Positions 1-13,520 of a stretch of 64,000 bases of DNA are shown here, piece after piece (the stretch's first letter is position 1; each line of letters opens with the position of its first letter). The translations under genes and the position numbers were made by a program. Location: positions 4,898,001-4,962,000 of the forward strand of contig JAQFVV010000004.1 of assembly GCA_028023455.1 (NCBI GenBank). Reading direction: 5' to 3'. The notes under the pieces were generated by a model. The model did not search any database. It saw nothing but the letters and a program-made list of their open reading frames with translations, and was not told the DNA's origin. Source of the DNA: Epiperipatus broadwayi. Taxonomy: Eukaryota > Animalia > Onychophora.

Positions 1-3000
1 CAAAAAATAAATGAAATATTTAAAGCAAATAAAAAAAATGCTCAAATTATAATGATGAAGTAATTAAGAAATTGGAACAGAGGTGCAAAGAAAGTAATTG
101 TGGAATGGTAAAAAAATTAGCTGAATTAGCGAAAGAGTTAAAAGACAATCAAGGTCAGTTGAAAGATGAAATTCACGCCATGGACAGAGAACTATCTAAG
201 ATGATGGTCTGGCCAACTTTAACAATAAGATTGATAATGTCTATGAAAAAGTAAAAAAGAATAAAAATGAAAGTAATAAAAAGTTTGAGCTGGTGGAGAA
301 GCAACTTCAAATATTATAAAGATTATGCACCATGAGAATAATGAAACTTTAATGAAAGTGTAAAAGAAAGTTGGCAATCTTGCACAACAGTTGGAAATAC
401 AATCAAGAAGTAAAAAGTGGCATAAATGACAGATAACTTAATAAGGAAAATATGAGGATAAAAATAAATACATCAGACATTATTATTCTCCCAGTATTGT
501 GAACCAGTTCTTAAAAATAAGAATTTTTTCTGGTCATACTGGTAAAGTTCCCATAGAGTACCTTGGTAATTTAGAGAGTAACTTTAATTTTAATCCCATG
601 ATAGAGGAGACTAATCTTGCTATAGCAGTCAGTCACCTACAAAGGACATCCTAAGCTTGGTGGGAGCCATTATTTTAAATACCCAAAATGTTTGAAAAAT
701 ATCAAACACTACTAATTATGAATTTTCGGAATAATGATCACCAAAAAGCACTATTATACCAAATCCTTCAAGAAAAATAAAGGAGTATCTCTGGTGAAAT
801 GCTGACTAAGTTCTTTTAAAGGCAGGTAGCCAAATTAAAAACCCTGGATACCTAACATCTTAACCAGAATCAACTCATATGAATAGTAAAACACAGTTTA
901 CCATTAAATATTGAACTATATGCCAACACACAAAACATCGAACAGATTGCAGATCTATTAATTAACATAGACTCCAATAATCAGAATATGAGTCAAAAAT
1001 ACTTAGAAAAGAGGAAAGAAGACATACCCATAAATACTACAAAAAAAAGAAAGAACAATAATAACCCTAACCATATGCGAGCTAAAACAATAAAGGGTAA
1101 TGATAACACAGGGAACAAAGTAGTTGCTGATATACATCAAACTTCAAACACCAACAGCGTGGCTATGATAAAGACATACCCAAAGTAGTGAGTAAATTAA
1201 ATTAAAGGGAACTTGGGGAAATGGTTCCTCTCCTCAAAGACCCATATTAAAATTGAGGAACAGAACTAAACAATTAATAAAAGAAATCACCCATCTAACG
1301 TGCTCATGGGAAGATAGAGTGCTCCCCATGATAAAAATAGTGTTTAAGGATTTAAGAATTAAAGCCTTGTTAGACACTGGTAGCCAAATCTCTGAGATTT
1401 CTGATTAATTCTATAGAAGGGTGATGTATAAAATTTTCAAATATCAAAACCCTATCCCTCAAGCCAATACAGGTTATCATGGCTAACAATAAGAAGGCAA
1501 AATTAATTCAAAAATAAATCTGAGTCAAACTGACTATTAACCAAACATGTATCTGTCGTGTCTTTTTAATACTAAGTGGCCTCATTCATGAAGTCATTCT
1601 TAGTGTCAGACTTCCTACATATGAACAAATGCATGATTGATTTTAAAAATAAATTATTTAGGGTAAGTGGTGACGTTGTAGAAATGACCTTACTGCCAAG
1701 TTATGGCTTAAATGAAATTGATTGCATATTATCCACAATACCTGAAGCACTGCTAAAGGAAAAATTTACTGAGTCAAATTTAATTAAGGGTGAGAATATA
1801 GAGAAATTGTGATCTGTGATTAATGAATATATCATATTCTCAGAAATACCAGGAGTGATAGAGGGATTCCAGAAAAGAATTAAACTGTTTGAAAACCAAC
1901 CATTTCAGTCCAAGTCCAAAATGTATCCTATCCCATATCAATATTGAAGTGAAATTAACAAACAGATCTGAAAGATGATTGATTTGGGAATAATTTTTAA
2001 ATACTTCTCACCATTTTGAAACCCGATTGTAATGGTGAAGAAAAAAGATGGGTCAATGAGATTTTGTTTGGGTGCTAGACATTTAAACAAAATTACAATT
2101 CTAGATAGGAATACGCCACCACCCATACATGAACTACTCATAAAATTTGGCAATAAAAAAGTTTTTTCTCTTTTTTAATCTTCAGTTATTGGCAAATCAA
2201 ACTTCATCCAGATGATCACTAATAAACTGCATTTTGAAATGAGGGATTCACTTATCAATTTAACAGGATGCCATTTGGGTTGATTAATAGTGGTACTGGT
2301 TTAGTAAGATGCCTGCATAAAGCTCTTTCCCCTGAGATCAAACAGATTGCAATAATCTATGTAGATGATGTCATCATTACATCTCATACAATTGAACAAC
2401 CTCTTTAACTTTTAAGAATTATCTTTAGAGAGTGCTTTAACAAAGATATGAAAATTAATTCTAAGAAAAGTACTTTAGTATATAATTAAGTAGATATCCT
2501 AGGTCCTATCATTGGTTTTAATGGGGTGAAACCTCATCCAAATAAGATAAATGCAATACAGAATTTTCCTACACCAAAGAATAAAAAACAGATCAAATCA
2601 TTTTTAGGGTTATGTAATTTTTATCATCGTTTTTATTCCAAATTTGCTAACCACATGGAACCATTATTAAAATTGATAAGAAAAGATGAAAGATGAAACT
2701 CGACTTTGTTACAATTAAAACAGGATTTTTAGAGTAAGTAATGCTAGCTTTTTTTGATTTTAATAAACCTTTTATCTTACAGATAGTAGTGGTTATGGAT
2801 TAGGAGTGACCTTGTCTCAAATCCAGAAAGATGGCCAAGCCAGAGTTCTCTACTTCATTAACCATTTTTTAAATGGTCCAGAAATAAATTATATGGTTGC
2901 TGAGAAAAAAGCACTAGCCATACTATGGGCTTTTCAGAAATTTTGACAAATTCTTCTTGGATCAAAGGTGATAGTGATCATTGATCATAAAAGCTTTGAA

Positions 3001-3110
3001 ATCTTGAATCACAGCTATTTAACCAACAGTCACTTTGTTAGATGGAGTTCGTTGTTACAAGAATTTGATTATACAGTCAGATATTGTAAAGGTTCTGAAA
3101 CATTGTAAAA
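1..3110 (+). mobile_element. Decayed Ty3/Gypsy LTR retrotransposon gag-pro-RT-RNaseH (no integrase or LTRs seen)
   Basis: Protease motif KALLDTGSQI at 1361-1390; RT motifs PIVMVKKKDGSMRFC (~2025-2070), YQFNRMPFGL, YVDD at 2358-2369, FLGLCNFY; RNase H-like KKALAILWAF...RWSSLLQEFDYTVRY to ~3095; many stops and frameshifts. Confidence 0.9.
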
Positions 3111-4389
3111 GCCCTCAAAATAAGGGCAGATCTTCAAAAAAGGCCTGAATGTTAGATGGAGGGAATGGTGCAGCAAAAAAGGCACCAGTTAAAATCAACA
3201 TTATCTGAATCATCAACTAGCTACAAAAAATAGTATTTGTTCAATTGGTGTGAATGGCCTATTAGGTTAATGATCATAAATCTGATCCATGATATTCTAA
3301 TAGATTTCAAAGAGCTATTGCAAAAATATTAGGGGGAGTATAGGGTAGGAGTGAGTATGATAATATTGATAACTTGGATGTTGTGTGTGATTGGAATGTG
3401 TGTCTACCCTTTCTATTTAGAGGTGATTGAATGACACTGGATCAATGGCATGTTATTTTTATCATCTTAAAATCTATAAGTAAAGATTTTTTTTAAAAAA
3501 AAGGAGTAGCCTATCCTTATATGTTGCGAGCAGCATCAGTAGAACCTTCCTGGGCATATCAAGTTTGCTCGTGGAAAAAGTATATCCCTAATCTTAGTAT
3601 ATCATGTCAATTGAAAATTTTCTGATAAATATATGTTTTACCAAATCACAGAATCACTGGTTAGCATTCATACATGAGAACATGATCAGTAATCTGCCCT
3701 GTGTTCATAGTCCTGCAATTTCTATAGATGCCATGAAATGAACATGGTAACAAGATTCACATCAAATGGCTAGTGATTGTTAAAATTATGCTTATCACCT
3801 GCATTTCCTTTTCTCATCAAAAATAACTATAATAAACTCCAGCTTGTAGTATCAAGAAAAGTGTCTAAGCATGGCAACAACAAAAAAATTGCATTAGAAA
3901 TAAAGTCAGTTGATAAATAATGAAAAATATTTAATAGTATAACAACTCAGAACTAACATGTTATCCACATCAGGTTAAAGGTAACCTATGTTGGTCATCA
4001 CTGAACCTGTTACCATTGCTGAAATGGAGCTCTGAACTGTAAATATCTGTATAATCCTAGTTTGTTTCTATCATGAAACAGAATGTGAAAATTCATTTAC
4101 AAAATCAACTCCAGCCCATCTAACTGAAATGGATTAAATGAAAACAGAGGCACTATTACTCAAGCACATCAAGCCATAACCATAAAACCAAAAGAGGGAT
4201 ATACAGAAAAAGGTAACTATAATTAAAACCCATGATAAGCATTTACTAAAGAAAAAAAGGCCTTTGATAATTTTTTGAGTTAAAATTATTTTTTTAAGAT
4301 TTTATCTACTTTATATCTTCTACAATGCATTTGTATTGTTTTATCTTTGCATCATTATTAATTATTGTTATAAATTAATGTTTTTAAAT

Positions 4390-5160
4390 GATATGCACAT
4401 AGGCACTATTGTAAAAAAAGCTAATAACTTCATATTATAAAAGCTTAGCACTCTCAAGAGCTATGTGTGGCTCATAATTCATAGCACTGGGATTTACAGG
4501 GGTGTGTATATACATGCAATGAATTTATGTAAATATATGTAAATTATGTGACATATTTTTTCAACAGAGGGAATTAGGGCCATACATCTTTGATCTTGCC
4601 CTTGGCATCATTTTGCTTGATACATGTGATGTTGATGGCTAGGGTCATGAATGTATGGCCCATTGCATGTTTTTTATTGAGGAAGGTGTTCAGGGTTTTT
4701 TGTGGCTCCTTTTGTAATGATATTTGTGTTGAGAGAATCTTCTAGACAATCCAGTGCATGACTCACTGTAGTAGTTAGTGCTGAATTTTCCTTGGTAGCA
4801 TGCAATTTTATATACTATGAGAGGGGTTTGATTATTATGGAATCTATCTTGTAGGGGTAGTATAACAGCTTACTTGATAGGTTTGTGAGCAGATTTTAGT
4901 TAAATTTTAAGCTATTTATGGTAATATGAGAACAGTATCCATGGCTTGTCATCTTTAGGTGGGTTTGTTCTTATTTTGTTTGAGAATTTGTTGATATCCT
5001 AGTGAGATCTATATATTCAGGGTTTATCTGCTTAGTTTATTTAGGTATTTCTTGATGTTGGCTTTATGAGTAGCTTCATGCTTGCTTAAATGGTTTTAAA
5101 AGAGAAAAGATGATAAACAAGAATATCTGTGAGTATTGGGGAAAATGGATTTGGGATGTA
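4390..5160 (-). mobile_element. Penelope-like element 3' fragment (RT C-terminus, GIY-YIG endonuclease, 3' UTR), decayed
   Basis: Minus-strand translation KPWILFSY...VYKIACYQGKFSTNYYSESCTGLSRRFSQHKY...GHTF...KIKDVW matches the PLE GIY-YIG pattern; clearly homologous to 6335-7230 in inverted orientation. Confidence 0.75.
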
Positions 5161-6334
5161 TGTAACCTCTTATTTCTGTTTAATATACCTTTTGTAGTTT
5201 AAGACCTTCACTCTCTGGAAATAGAAGTTGACCTATTTTAATCTTCTTTTTTTGGTTTTCTCCTTTATGGATAAGCTCTTTGGCTATCCATTATACATCA
5301 GATTATGAATCAAATGATAACAGTAGCAATAATGGTGATATTAATAGTGCTTCTATGGGATTAAAATTTTTTTAACGACATGCCAATATGTGCTTTTGAT
5401 AACATGTCTCATAATGTTAATATTTCTGCCCATATCTTGAGAGATTTGTTAGATACTGTGGTTAATCAACAAAATAATTATATAAATAATATTTATGAAA
5501 CAACTACACATCAAGTAATTCAAAAAAGTATGAATCTGGACTCTAAATATACTTCTTTGCTACCTACTGGTTATTCTCAGCAGGCAACAAATTCAACTTT
5601 TGCTGCAAATCTAAATATACCATCCCAAGCAAAAGAAAAAAATATGTAATTGAGTATAACCCATTACAAGAATTTAAACAGCCATGTCCAGTTCAATCAA
5701 AATCTTTCAGGACTATATCTAATAATGAAAAATATGATGTGACAAACATAAACAATTTATTTTACATGCCAGGTGAAGAACAGACATTCATCATTATTCC
5801 TTGAACAAATATTATCAAATACTTTTTAACTTAAAGTATTCCCTGTTTTTCACAATCTGCAATTAATTCACATTCAGAATATCCAGAAGATATATCTCCA
5901 AAAATATGATGATTGTAATATTAGACTATTAAATGATTTCAATTCATCAGATATTAGGTCAGACACAATAAGAGAATTCATTTCAAGATATGGATTACCA
6001 GAGAATTTATTTCATTCATAATCATTTTAGAGAAGCAGAAAAGGAATAGGGCTTTTATAATCAGAACAGAGAACACCATAGTCCATTAGATGATATGTCC
6101 ATTAGATGATATGAGACCTGTTAGCAAACAAGAAATGAGAGAAAAATATTAGCACCAACCAACTTCTATGAATAAAACTAATGGTGATGCCCCATCTTAT
6201 GGGGAATTACCACCTCATTATAGTTCTCAATATCTGGTAATGAATTATTCTAAATCCAATTCTGACATGAATGTAGTTCCTTTAGATTCATCTCAGTCAT
6301 TGGTAAGTTCATTTAAACATTTTAATCAACATAC

Positions 6335-7230
6335 TAAGAATACATATTTGTGTTACCTAGAGTTACTGGTTTATCATTTTTCCTGTACAGAAACCATTTA
6401 TGAAAGCATGAAGCCACTTATAAAGCCAATATTAAACAATACCTAAAAAAAATATGCAGGATAGGATTCAAATATATATATATCTCTCACTTGGACGGAC
6501 AACAAATTCTACAACAAAATAAGAACAACCCACCCAAAGATGACAAACCATGGATACTGCTCCCATATATGCTATACATAGCCAAAAATTTAACTAAAAT
6601 CTATTCACAAACTCTTCATGTAAGCTATTGTATTTCTCCTATAATATAATTTTAAAAATAGACTCCCTAACAATCAAATCTTCACACTGTATATAAAATT
6701 GCATGCCCACAAGCAGGATGCAGCACTACCTACTATGGTGAGTCATATGCCAGTTTGTCTCCAGAATTTTTTAACACAAATGCATTTTACAAAAAGACCA
6801 CAAACAACCCTGAGCACAAGTTTATCTTCCTAAATCATCAAAATGATATGAGCCACCCATTCAACCTCATAGCCACAAACAATGCATGTATCAAGTTAAA
6901 TGATGCCAAGCATAAGATCAAAGAGGTGTGGCTCATATCCAACAACCCTAATGTCATAAATGGGAAAAAATCCTACTTCTCCCCTGACAAAAAAATTGGC
7001 TATATAATTTACATATATTTATATAAATTTACTACATACATATATATATGCACCTACCCATATAAATCCCAGTGCTATGAATATGAGGCCATATGCCCTC
7101 GAATTTATTTACATAAATTTACTGCCTATATATATGCATTCATCCATGTAAATCCCAATTATATAAATATAAGATCACATGTAGTCCTCAAAAGTGCTAA
7201 GTTTCAGTAAATATGCAGTTATTCACTTTT
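6335..7230 (+). mobile_element. Penelope-like element 3' fragment (GIY-YIG endonuclease, tandemly repeated 3' UTR), decayed
   Basis: ORF 6755-7210 contains HPFNLIATNNACIKLNDAKHKIKEVWLISNNPNVIN (PLE C-terminal H.F...KIKE..I..N.N.IN); upstream gtatataaaattgcatgc = VYKIAC; two ~110-bp tandem 3' UTR units at ~7010-7200. Confidence 0.75.
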
Positions 7231-8159
7231 ATTAGTGCATATAGTTTGAATTTACAATGATATAAGAAAAGTTTGTTAACCTTTTAAATTAAAGTTTTTT
7301 ATTTGTATCATTTATTTTAACTTAAATAAGAAAATAATTCAGTTGTTAACAATTATTTATTGAATGAGTTGTAGAAGAGAGGCATAAATGAGTAAATATT
7401 ATTTTTTTTAAATTTTATTAATTTGTTAATAAATTTTCTTAAACATAAATCTCAACAGCTTCTTTCCATAACTCTATACTATATAATACTTTTATTATTG
7501 CAGTTATATAAGCAATGAAATATTAAAGGAAAATATTAATTATGAATATCAAATCATTTTTTCTTTTACTAAAGCAGCATGTTAACATACTTCATGCTGA
7601 CAGTGGTGTCCATAATATAAGCTGTTTTAAATAAGAATCATTATTGTTCAAACCACATTTGAACAAATTCTCTCTAATTCAGAGATTAAGAATAATCAGG
7701 AAATATAATTATGGTCTTCTTTATATATATTTTGATTGTTTGTTGAAGGCCATAATCTGTTTATCTTATGAAAATATATTCAAGAGTGTGTGAATGCTCC
7801 CAAGTCCAGTACAGATATTAATTAAAAGATAATACAATTGGGTGGAATTGTTCAATATGTATATTTTAATATACTAGTGTGCAATTGAGGAGAGAAAAGC
7901 ACTGATAAAAACAAAAAATTTGAAAATGTAGAATGTAATGATGTTTTTTGGTCTTTTAATCTCCCATTAACTTTATTTCTTTACATAAAATTATGTTTGC
8001 TATATTACAATTCTTCTTGCATGTTCTATAAATCCATATTAAGAAATGTTTTTGTACCTTTATTTCTTTTATATAATTTCATACATTTTACCTTTTCCAT
8101 TTTTTTTATTTATTTTATTTTACTGCAATATTAGCCTTCCATTTTTGTGTGCGTACAGG

Positions 8160-11100
8160 TGGCGCAGTCAGGAAATAAATGGTGAAAATTGAGTGTTCAG
8201 AAACTGCTGAAAAAGTGCCTTGAATAGAAGAAGAGTTTAATTTCATCAAAGAGAAAATAAAAGTTGGAACTTTTTCTAAATTACTAGATCAAATTAGAGA
8301 GTTTTTACTATAATTAAGCAAGTATTTTAATAAGGACAAGTTTTCCGTTAAATCAAGATGGATTCTGTAAGTACTGATAACCCTGAACTGGGTTTATGTA
8401 AGCTTATTTTAAATGTCAAAAAAATTGATCCTAAAATTAAGAAAACCACAACAAAATCAAAGAATTATATACAAAAGAAGGCAATCAATGTTGCAATAGA
8501 TCAAAAAAAGTCTAAAAATCATAATAAAAAATACTTCAAACTCAGGTGGTACAGCAAATTAAAAAATGCTGTTCTATAGTAACAAAGGATTATGAAAAAA
8601 ACGTAAATGGAAGAATCTAAGAAATTAAAAACGGATGAAGAATCTAAGAAATTAAAAACGGATCTAAAACTAGTTTGGTAAAAGAGAAAATACAAAATTC
8701 CTCTCAAAATAATAAGAATATATAAAAAAAACAAGTCAAAGAATTTCAAATAAATTTTCTTCGTTAACGGTTAAAATTAAAGAATCGGAAAAATATTATA
8801 ATAATGAGGGCGATATGCAGAAAGTGGCAGAAAAATATCGTAACGAAGAGGGTTTGAATCCAAATAAATCAGAGAATAATTTTTCAAGACCAAACCAACA
8901 AATAACAAATAGTGTAGCAATATTTCAGGATGCTAAGAGTATGTGTGAATCGCAGAAAAGAAATTTTCAATTTAATTCCAATTATCAACAGGATCACAAT
9001 AATTTTACAAATTCTCATGATTATATTAAATTGCCTAGTACTCAGAGTGCACCTCCAATGAATGAAGATCAATTAAACTCTGAATTTCCTCTGTTAAATT
9101 TCAATAATATTAGTCTCAAAAATCAAAGAACAAATGATAGTAACACTGTTAAAGATATCTTATATGCTGGATGCTTGAAACTTAATACAAGTGGTATAAA
9201 TCAAGAAAGAAAGTTAAATCAAATAGTCAACAGCCAAAGTACAATGATAAATAAAGACAATCACAGAAAAATAGATCAATCTATGTTCTTCTCTAGTGTT
9301 GAGCTTGAGAAAAAATTAAATCACAATGATGCCAACTTAGGCAGCATTGATCCAATTAATGACAATGATGACTTAAATACAGAAGAATATCAGATTACTA
9401 ATGACGAGTTTAATGCTAAGATTGCCCATATTGTTTGGTTCATTCTCTAACTTCTATAATGAGAACACATTGATTCTAAATACAACTAATAGAAAATGTG
9501 AACTGTTTACATTCCCAACGAATGAATTGTTTGCGTTAATTAAAAACTTGAAAATCAGTGATTCAATAAGGAGGGTGTATTACCACCCCAATAAAAGATA
9601 CGTGATTGTTGAGTTTGAAAATATGCTAATAAAGGAGCAATTCAAAAGGACTCGGAGTGCTTAGATCACAAATATCTAGTGAAAATTGATACAAATAGAC
9701 CAAGAATGGTATCAGAAGTGATCCGCAATTGCTATGTAGGATTTGTGCAAAAAGATTTGCAAAGACTACTGACACAATTTGGAACAGTAGTAAGTTTTAA
9801 ATATTTAATGGAGAGAAGAGTTGGAATAGAATTCATCCAACCATGCAGCCTTTACAATGAATTTAAATAATGGAATCAACCCAATAGATATACCTTCCAT
9901 TCTTGAAGCAACCAGATGTCCAATATATGTAGCAGTACATGGTGTGCAACCACAATGTTACAGGTGTGGAGATCGGACTCATCTAATTAAGTCCTATCCT
10001 GCAAGAATATGTCAAAGATGTGGTAAAAGCAATAATAGGTACCACAAGTGCACATCATTAGGCACTGTCTCATGGTCAGTGAATCAGACAGCAGGGATTG
10101 AACCTCAGAAACTGTTATTGGAGGGTACAGGCAATTTAAGATCTGAGAAGACACAATGTGTCAACAGACAAGTTCACAAAAGGGGACTGAAGAAGGCCAG
10201 AAAGAAGTATCTATGGAAGAAAGTGAAAGCAGCTCTAGTGATACCACTATGTAACACTGTAGATACAATGGAAGAGGAGAAGAACAGGTCAGTGGACATG
10301 TTAGTGGAGAGCTATCAGTTGGACAATGCAGAGGAGACCATTGATACTAAATTGGCTATTAATGAATCAATTCAAACAAAAAACAGGTTTGAAATCTTTA
10401 GAACCAAAAGAAAGAATCAGGAACAGTCTGGCTCACAGACTGATGAGAGCAGCATTGTAGAGTTTAATATTGATTTCAGTGGCAAACAAGGAAAAAAGAC
10501 TGGGTTTGACACTGCAAAGTTGATAAGAAACAAGAGTAGGAAGAAGACTAGATTGGCTGAATCAAAACTGGATAACAGGATGGGATTGAGTCAAGGAATG
10601 CAAAAGATAATGCCTTGGCATCTTTTGGCTGTAGTTGGGCAGAAAAGAGTTTGCCACTCTCATTAAAGCTCAAATCATATGAATGTTATATAAAGTCGAA
10701 AGGAGAATGCTTTCAAAGCTTGGGGCATGACTGTACTCTAAGTAAAAAAGTGGAGGGAATTTCAGATGAATTATGGAGTCAAAGTTGATTATTATCTGAA
10801 AATGACTCAGGAGCAGATTGAAAAAAATCAAAGAATAAGGTATAGGAATGAAATGAAGGATTTGTCAAACATGGAAGACAGTGGTGATGAAGAAAGTAGA
10901 AAATTCATGCAGATGATGTCACAGAAACAAAAAAGTATCAACCTAAAGAATATGGCAATTCAAACTCACAAACAACCAGTGCAACCTGATAGTAAAATTG
11001 TGGACGAGCTTGGACAATCCACAAAGGATGATGTTATTAATCTATAGACAGCGTTTTATAATGAAGCAGATGAAATGTTAGTCGAAGTGTCCCCTAAGAA

Positions 11101-11280
11101 GTTATCCTGTAAAATAAAATTGAGATACTCAATCGAAACAAGAAGTGCAAAGTGAAAGAGTTTTCTAAGAATAATATTTGTAAAACTTTGTTGAAATCTA
11201 TGATAACATGAATCAATGTATTTAATCTTGTAAATGCCGGTACGCGGCATTTTTTTTCCCTTAATAAATATATATATATC
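8160..11280 (+). mobile_element. L1/Tx1-type ORF1 (RRM-like region + two CCHC knuckles), decayed, apparently without ORF2
   Basis: ORFs 8815-9450, 9401-9664 (YVIVEF), 9679-9870 (LLTQFGTVVSF), 9857-10666 (IPSIL...IYVAVHGVQPQCYRCGDRTH...CQRCG) and 10766-11047 form a colinear ZCCHC3/Tx1-ORF1-like frame; AATAAA at ~11264 followed by (TA)n. Boundaries approximate. Confidence 0.7.
8608..8661 (+). repeat. 27-bp tandem duplication (gaagaatctaagaaattaaaaacggat x2)
   Basis: Directly visible; encodes EESKKLKTD twice in one frame. Confidence 0.9.
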
Positions 11281-11485
11281 ATAATCTTATTTTTTATTCT
11301 GTTTACATGTTCTTATTTTAAATATAACACATCTTTAAAAATACCATACATCACTAGTCCTAATGCTATAACCTAGAGATATCATTTTTAATCCTTCATT
11401 TAAAGAACATATTTATTTTGTAATTACAAAGAAATCAAGTCAGGTCACATGACCTAATTTAACAAGCTTGTATTACAAATGTTAT

Positions 11486-11633
11486 ATATAGAGCTCACAA
11501 ATAAATTCTTAACAAGCTTTCTCAGTGAGGTGCTAGGATTCTAGCATCTCACTGAGGAAGCCAGTAGCAAAACTGGTATGGGGTTGGGGATATTCTGCAA
11601 AGCTTGTTAAGAGCTTATTTGTGAGCTCTATAT
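11486..11633. repeat. 148-bp fold-back element with a hammerhead-like motif in one arm
   Basis: Arms atatagagctcacaaataaattcttaacaagctt / aagcttgttaagagcttatttgtgagctctatat plus inner stem ctcagtgaggtgctag / ctagcatctcactgag around a 4-nt loop; ~45-bp extra segment in the right arm. Confidence 0.9.
11546..11584 (+). ncRNA. Minimal type-I hammerhead ribozyme-like motif, degenerate (G12->A)
   Basis: atctca CTGAGGA A GC-cagta-GC AAAA CTGG TA tggggt; stem I atctca/tggggt pairs with G-U wobbles; stem II only 2 bp. Confidence 0.5.
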
Positions 11634-13520
11634 GAACTACTCCATCTAGTTTTAATTATTAAATGGTTTTAGAAAATATTTAAACTTTTTAAATTTTTCA
11701 ATTACATTCTACTATTACTAATATTGCACAGGTAAGAATATAAAACAATATTTATTTGGTATTTTTCTCATCTCTTCTTTCAATGTTAACTAGTGGCAAT
11801 GCTAACATAAAATCAAACCAATGACCTTTAGGTTTATGAATATTAAAATTTTAAGATGATACTTGAACTAACTAGGTAATTCTACAAAACAAAAAATCAG
11901 TAAATATCGTAAGAGTAAATATAATCTACTGACTGACCTTTGAAAGGATAGCCTTATTCTCGTTTAAAAAAAATAGTATTTATGGATCTGAAAGTCATTA
12001 GTTGTTGTTTTCTTGCTAGTATTCTCAGTGGACAGACATGAAACATCTGAAAAAAGAGCAGAATAATTATACTCAAAACATTGTGTTATGTATTACTATA
12101 TGTTATAATTTACATTTGAATGTATTTGAAAATTTTAAAATAAAGTTTGAATTTTTCTAAAATATTTAATTTTTAAAACCAGATAACATAAATAATCTAC
12201 AATAGAAGTAGAAGTAAAATATCATTTTTTTTAAACTTTTAGACTATTCTGCTTGAATATTAAATTTCTTTTTATCCGTACTATTTATTTAATGTAAATT
12301 AATTATCACATTACATATGTACATGTATATTACATTAAATATTTTGAAGGCTTTATTATAATGTAAACCAAATAAAAGCCTGGAGTTATTTCTATTTAAT
12401 AACTAGAAATATGTTTCGATTATTATTGATAGTCCTAAAGTTAAATTACTTTGTGCTAATACCAAAAAAATTTTCTTTTATTTCTAATATAAGTTGTTAT
12501 ACAGATTTAAACTCAGACATAAAGACTTTAGAAAAATCACATCTTTTGATATCCTGAAAATAATAATTCATCTCACCTAGAGACTTATATATGTTAGATT
12601 AATCTCGTTGTATACATATATGTGTGTGGGTGTAAATGTGTGTGGAAGTAATATATTAACATTAGTTATTTATATCTTTTATAAAAATTTATAGAAATGT
12701 GTAGTTTAATATATTAAATATATGATGAAAATTCAACTAACTTCTTGCAAAAATTGCCAGTCAAACCTTATATCAGCTACTTGGTATCTACTTTTTTATA
12801 CATATCACAATGTGACTATAATTACAATTAATGAAATTTTTATTGATCACCTATAAGGAAGTATGATTGATTATAATTTTAATTTGTATAAATATATATA
12901 CTGCTAAGATATGGCAAAAAAAAATAAAGAAATTAAGTCAGATAGTTCAATCAATACCTTCTATTTATAATACCATATAATCTTGTATGAAATTTCATCA
13001 GATTCCTTTCAACATTCACTACTTTTTAAAAAAAAATTCAAATCTTGTTTGATTTCATTAAATTGTTCTTTTATATTTATTTTTATATCCATCAGGTATT
13101 TCTTTTTTTTTTCATCCCATCTTTTTAAACTTCCTAAAAATTCTCACACATTCCACACAATATCGAAATCATATTAATTTTATTTTAATTTTATAAATTT
13201 CAAATGGAATTCTTTTTTGTATTATATTATTATATCATAACTTCTTTCCTTTTTTTTTTTTATAGCAAATATTCATTCAATAAAAGTGCCGTTTACTATA
13301 TTTTTTGCATTAAATTTTTAGAAAGGAGCAATTTCTTTGAAATGTTTCATGTACATAATTACAATTGGACAAAGGACATTTTTATCGATTAATTAAGCAA
13401 TAATTCTATCCAGCACCAAATGCAACAAGTAATATTTTTAATTAATGGATTAATTCCTTGTCTCTTTCTTTTCTTTTATTTTTTTTATAATTCTAAGACA
13501 AAACTATATACATGTACTTA

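Noticed and set aside
5200-6330. N/Q/S-rich ORFs between the Penelope fragments
   Set aside because: Short, interrupted, no recognisable motif or splice structure.
8160-8173. PBS-like tggcgcagtcagga after a CA dinucleotide, suggesting an LTR element
   Set aside because: No matching LTR pair found, and the downstream protein is non-LTR ORF1-like; chance match or tRNA-fragment remnant.
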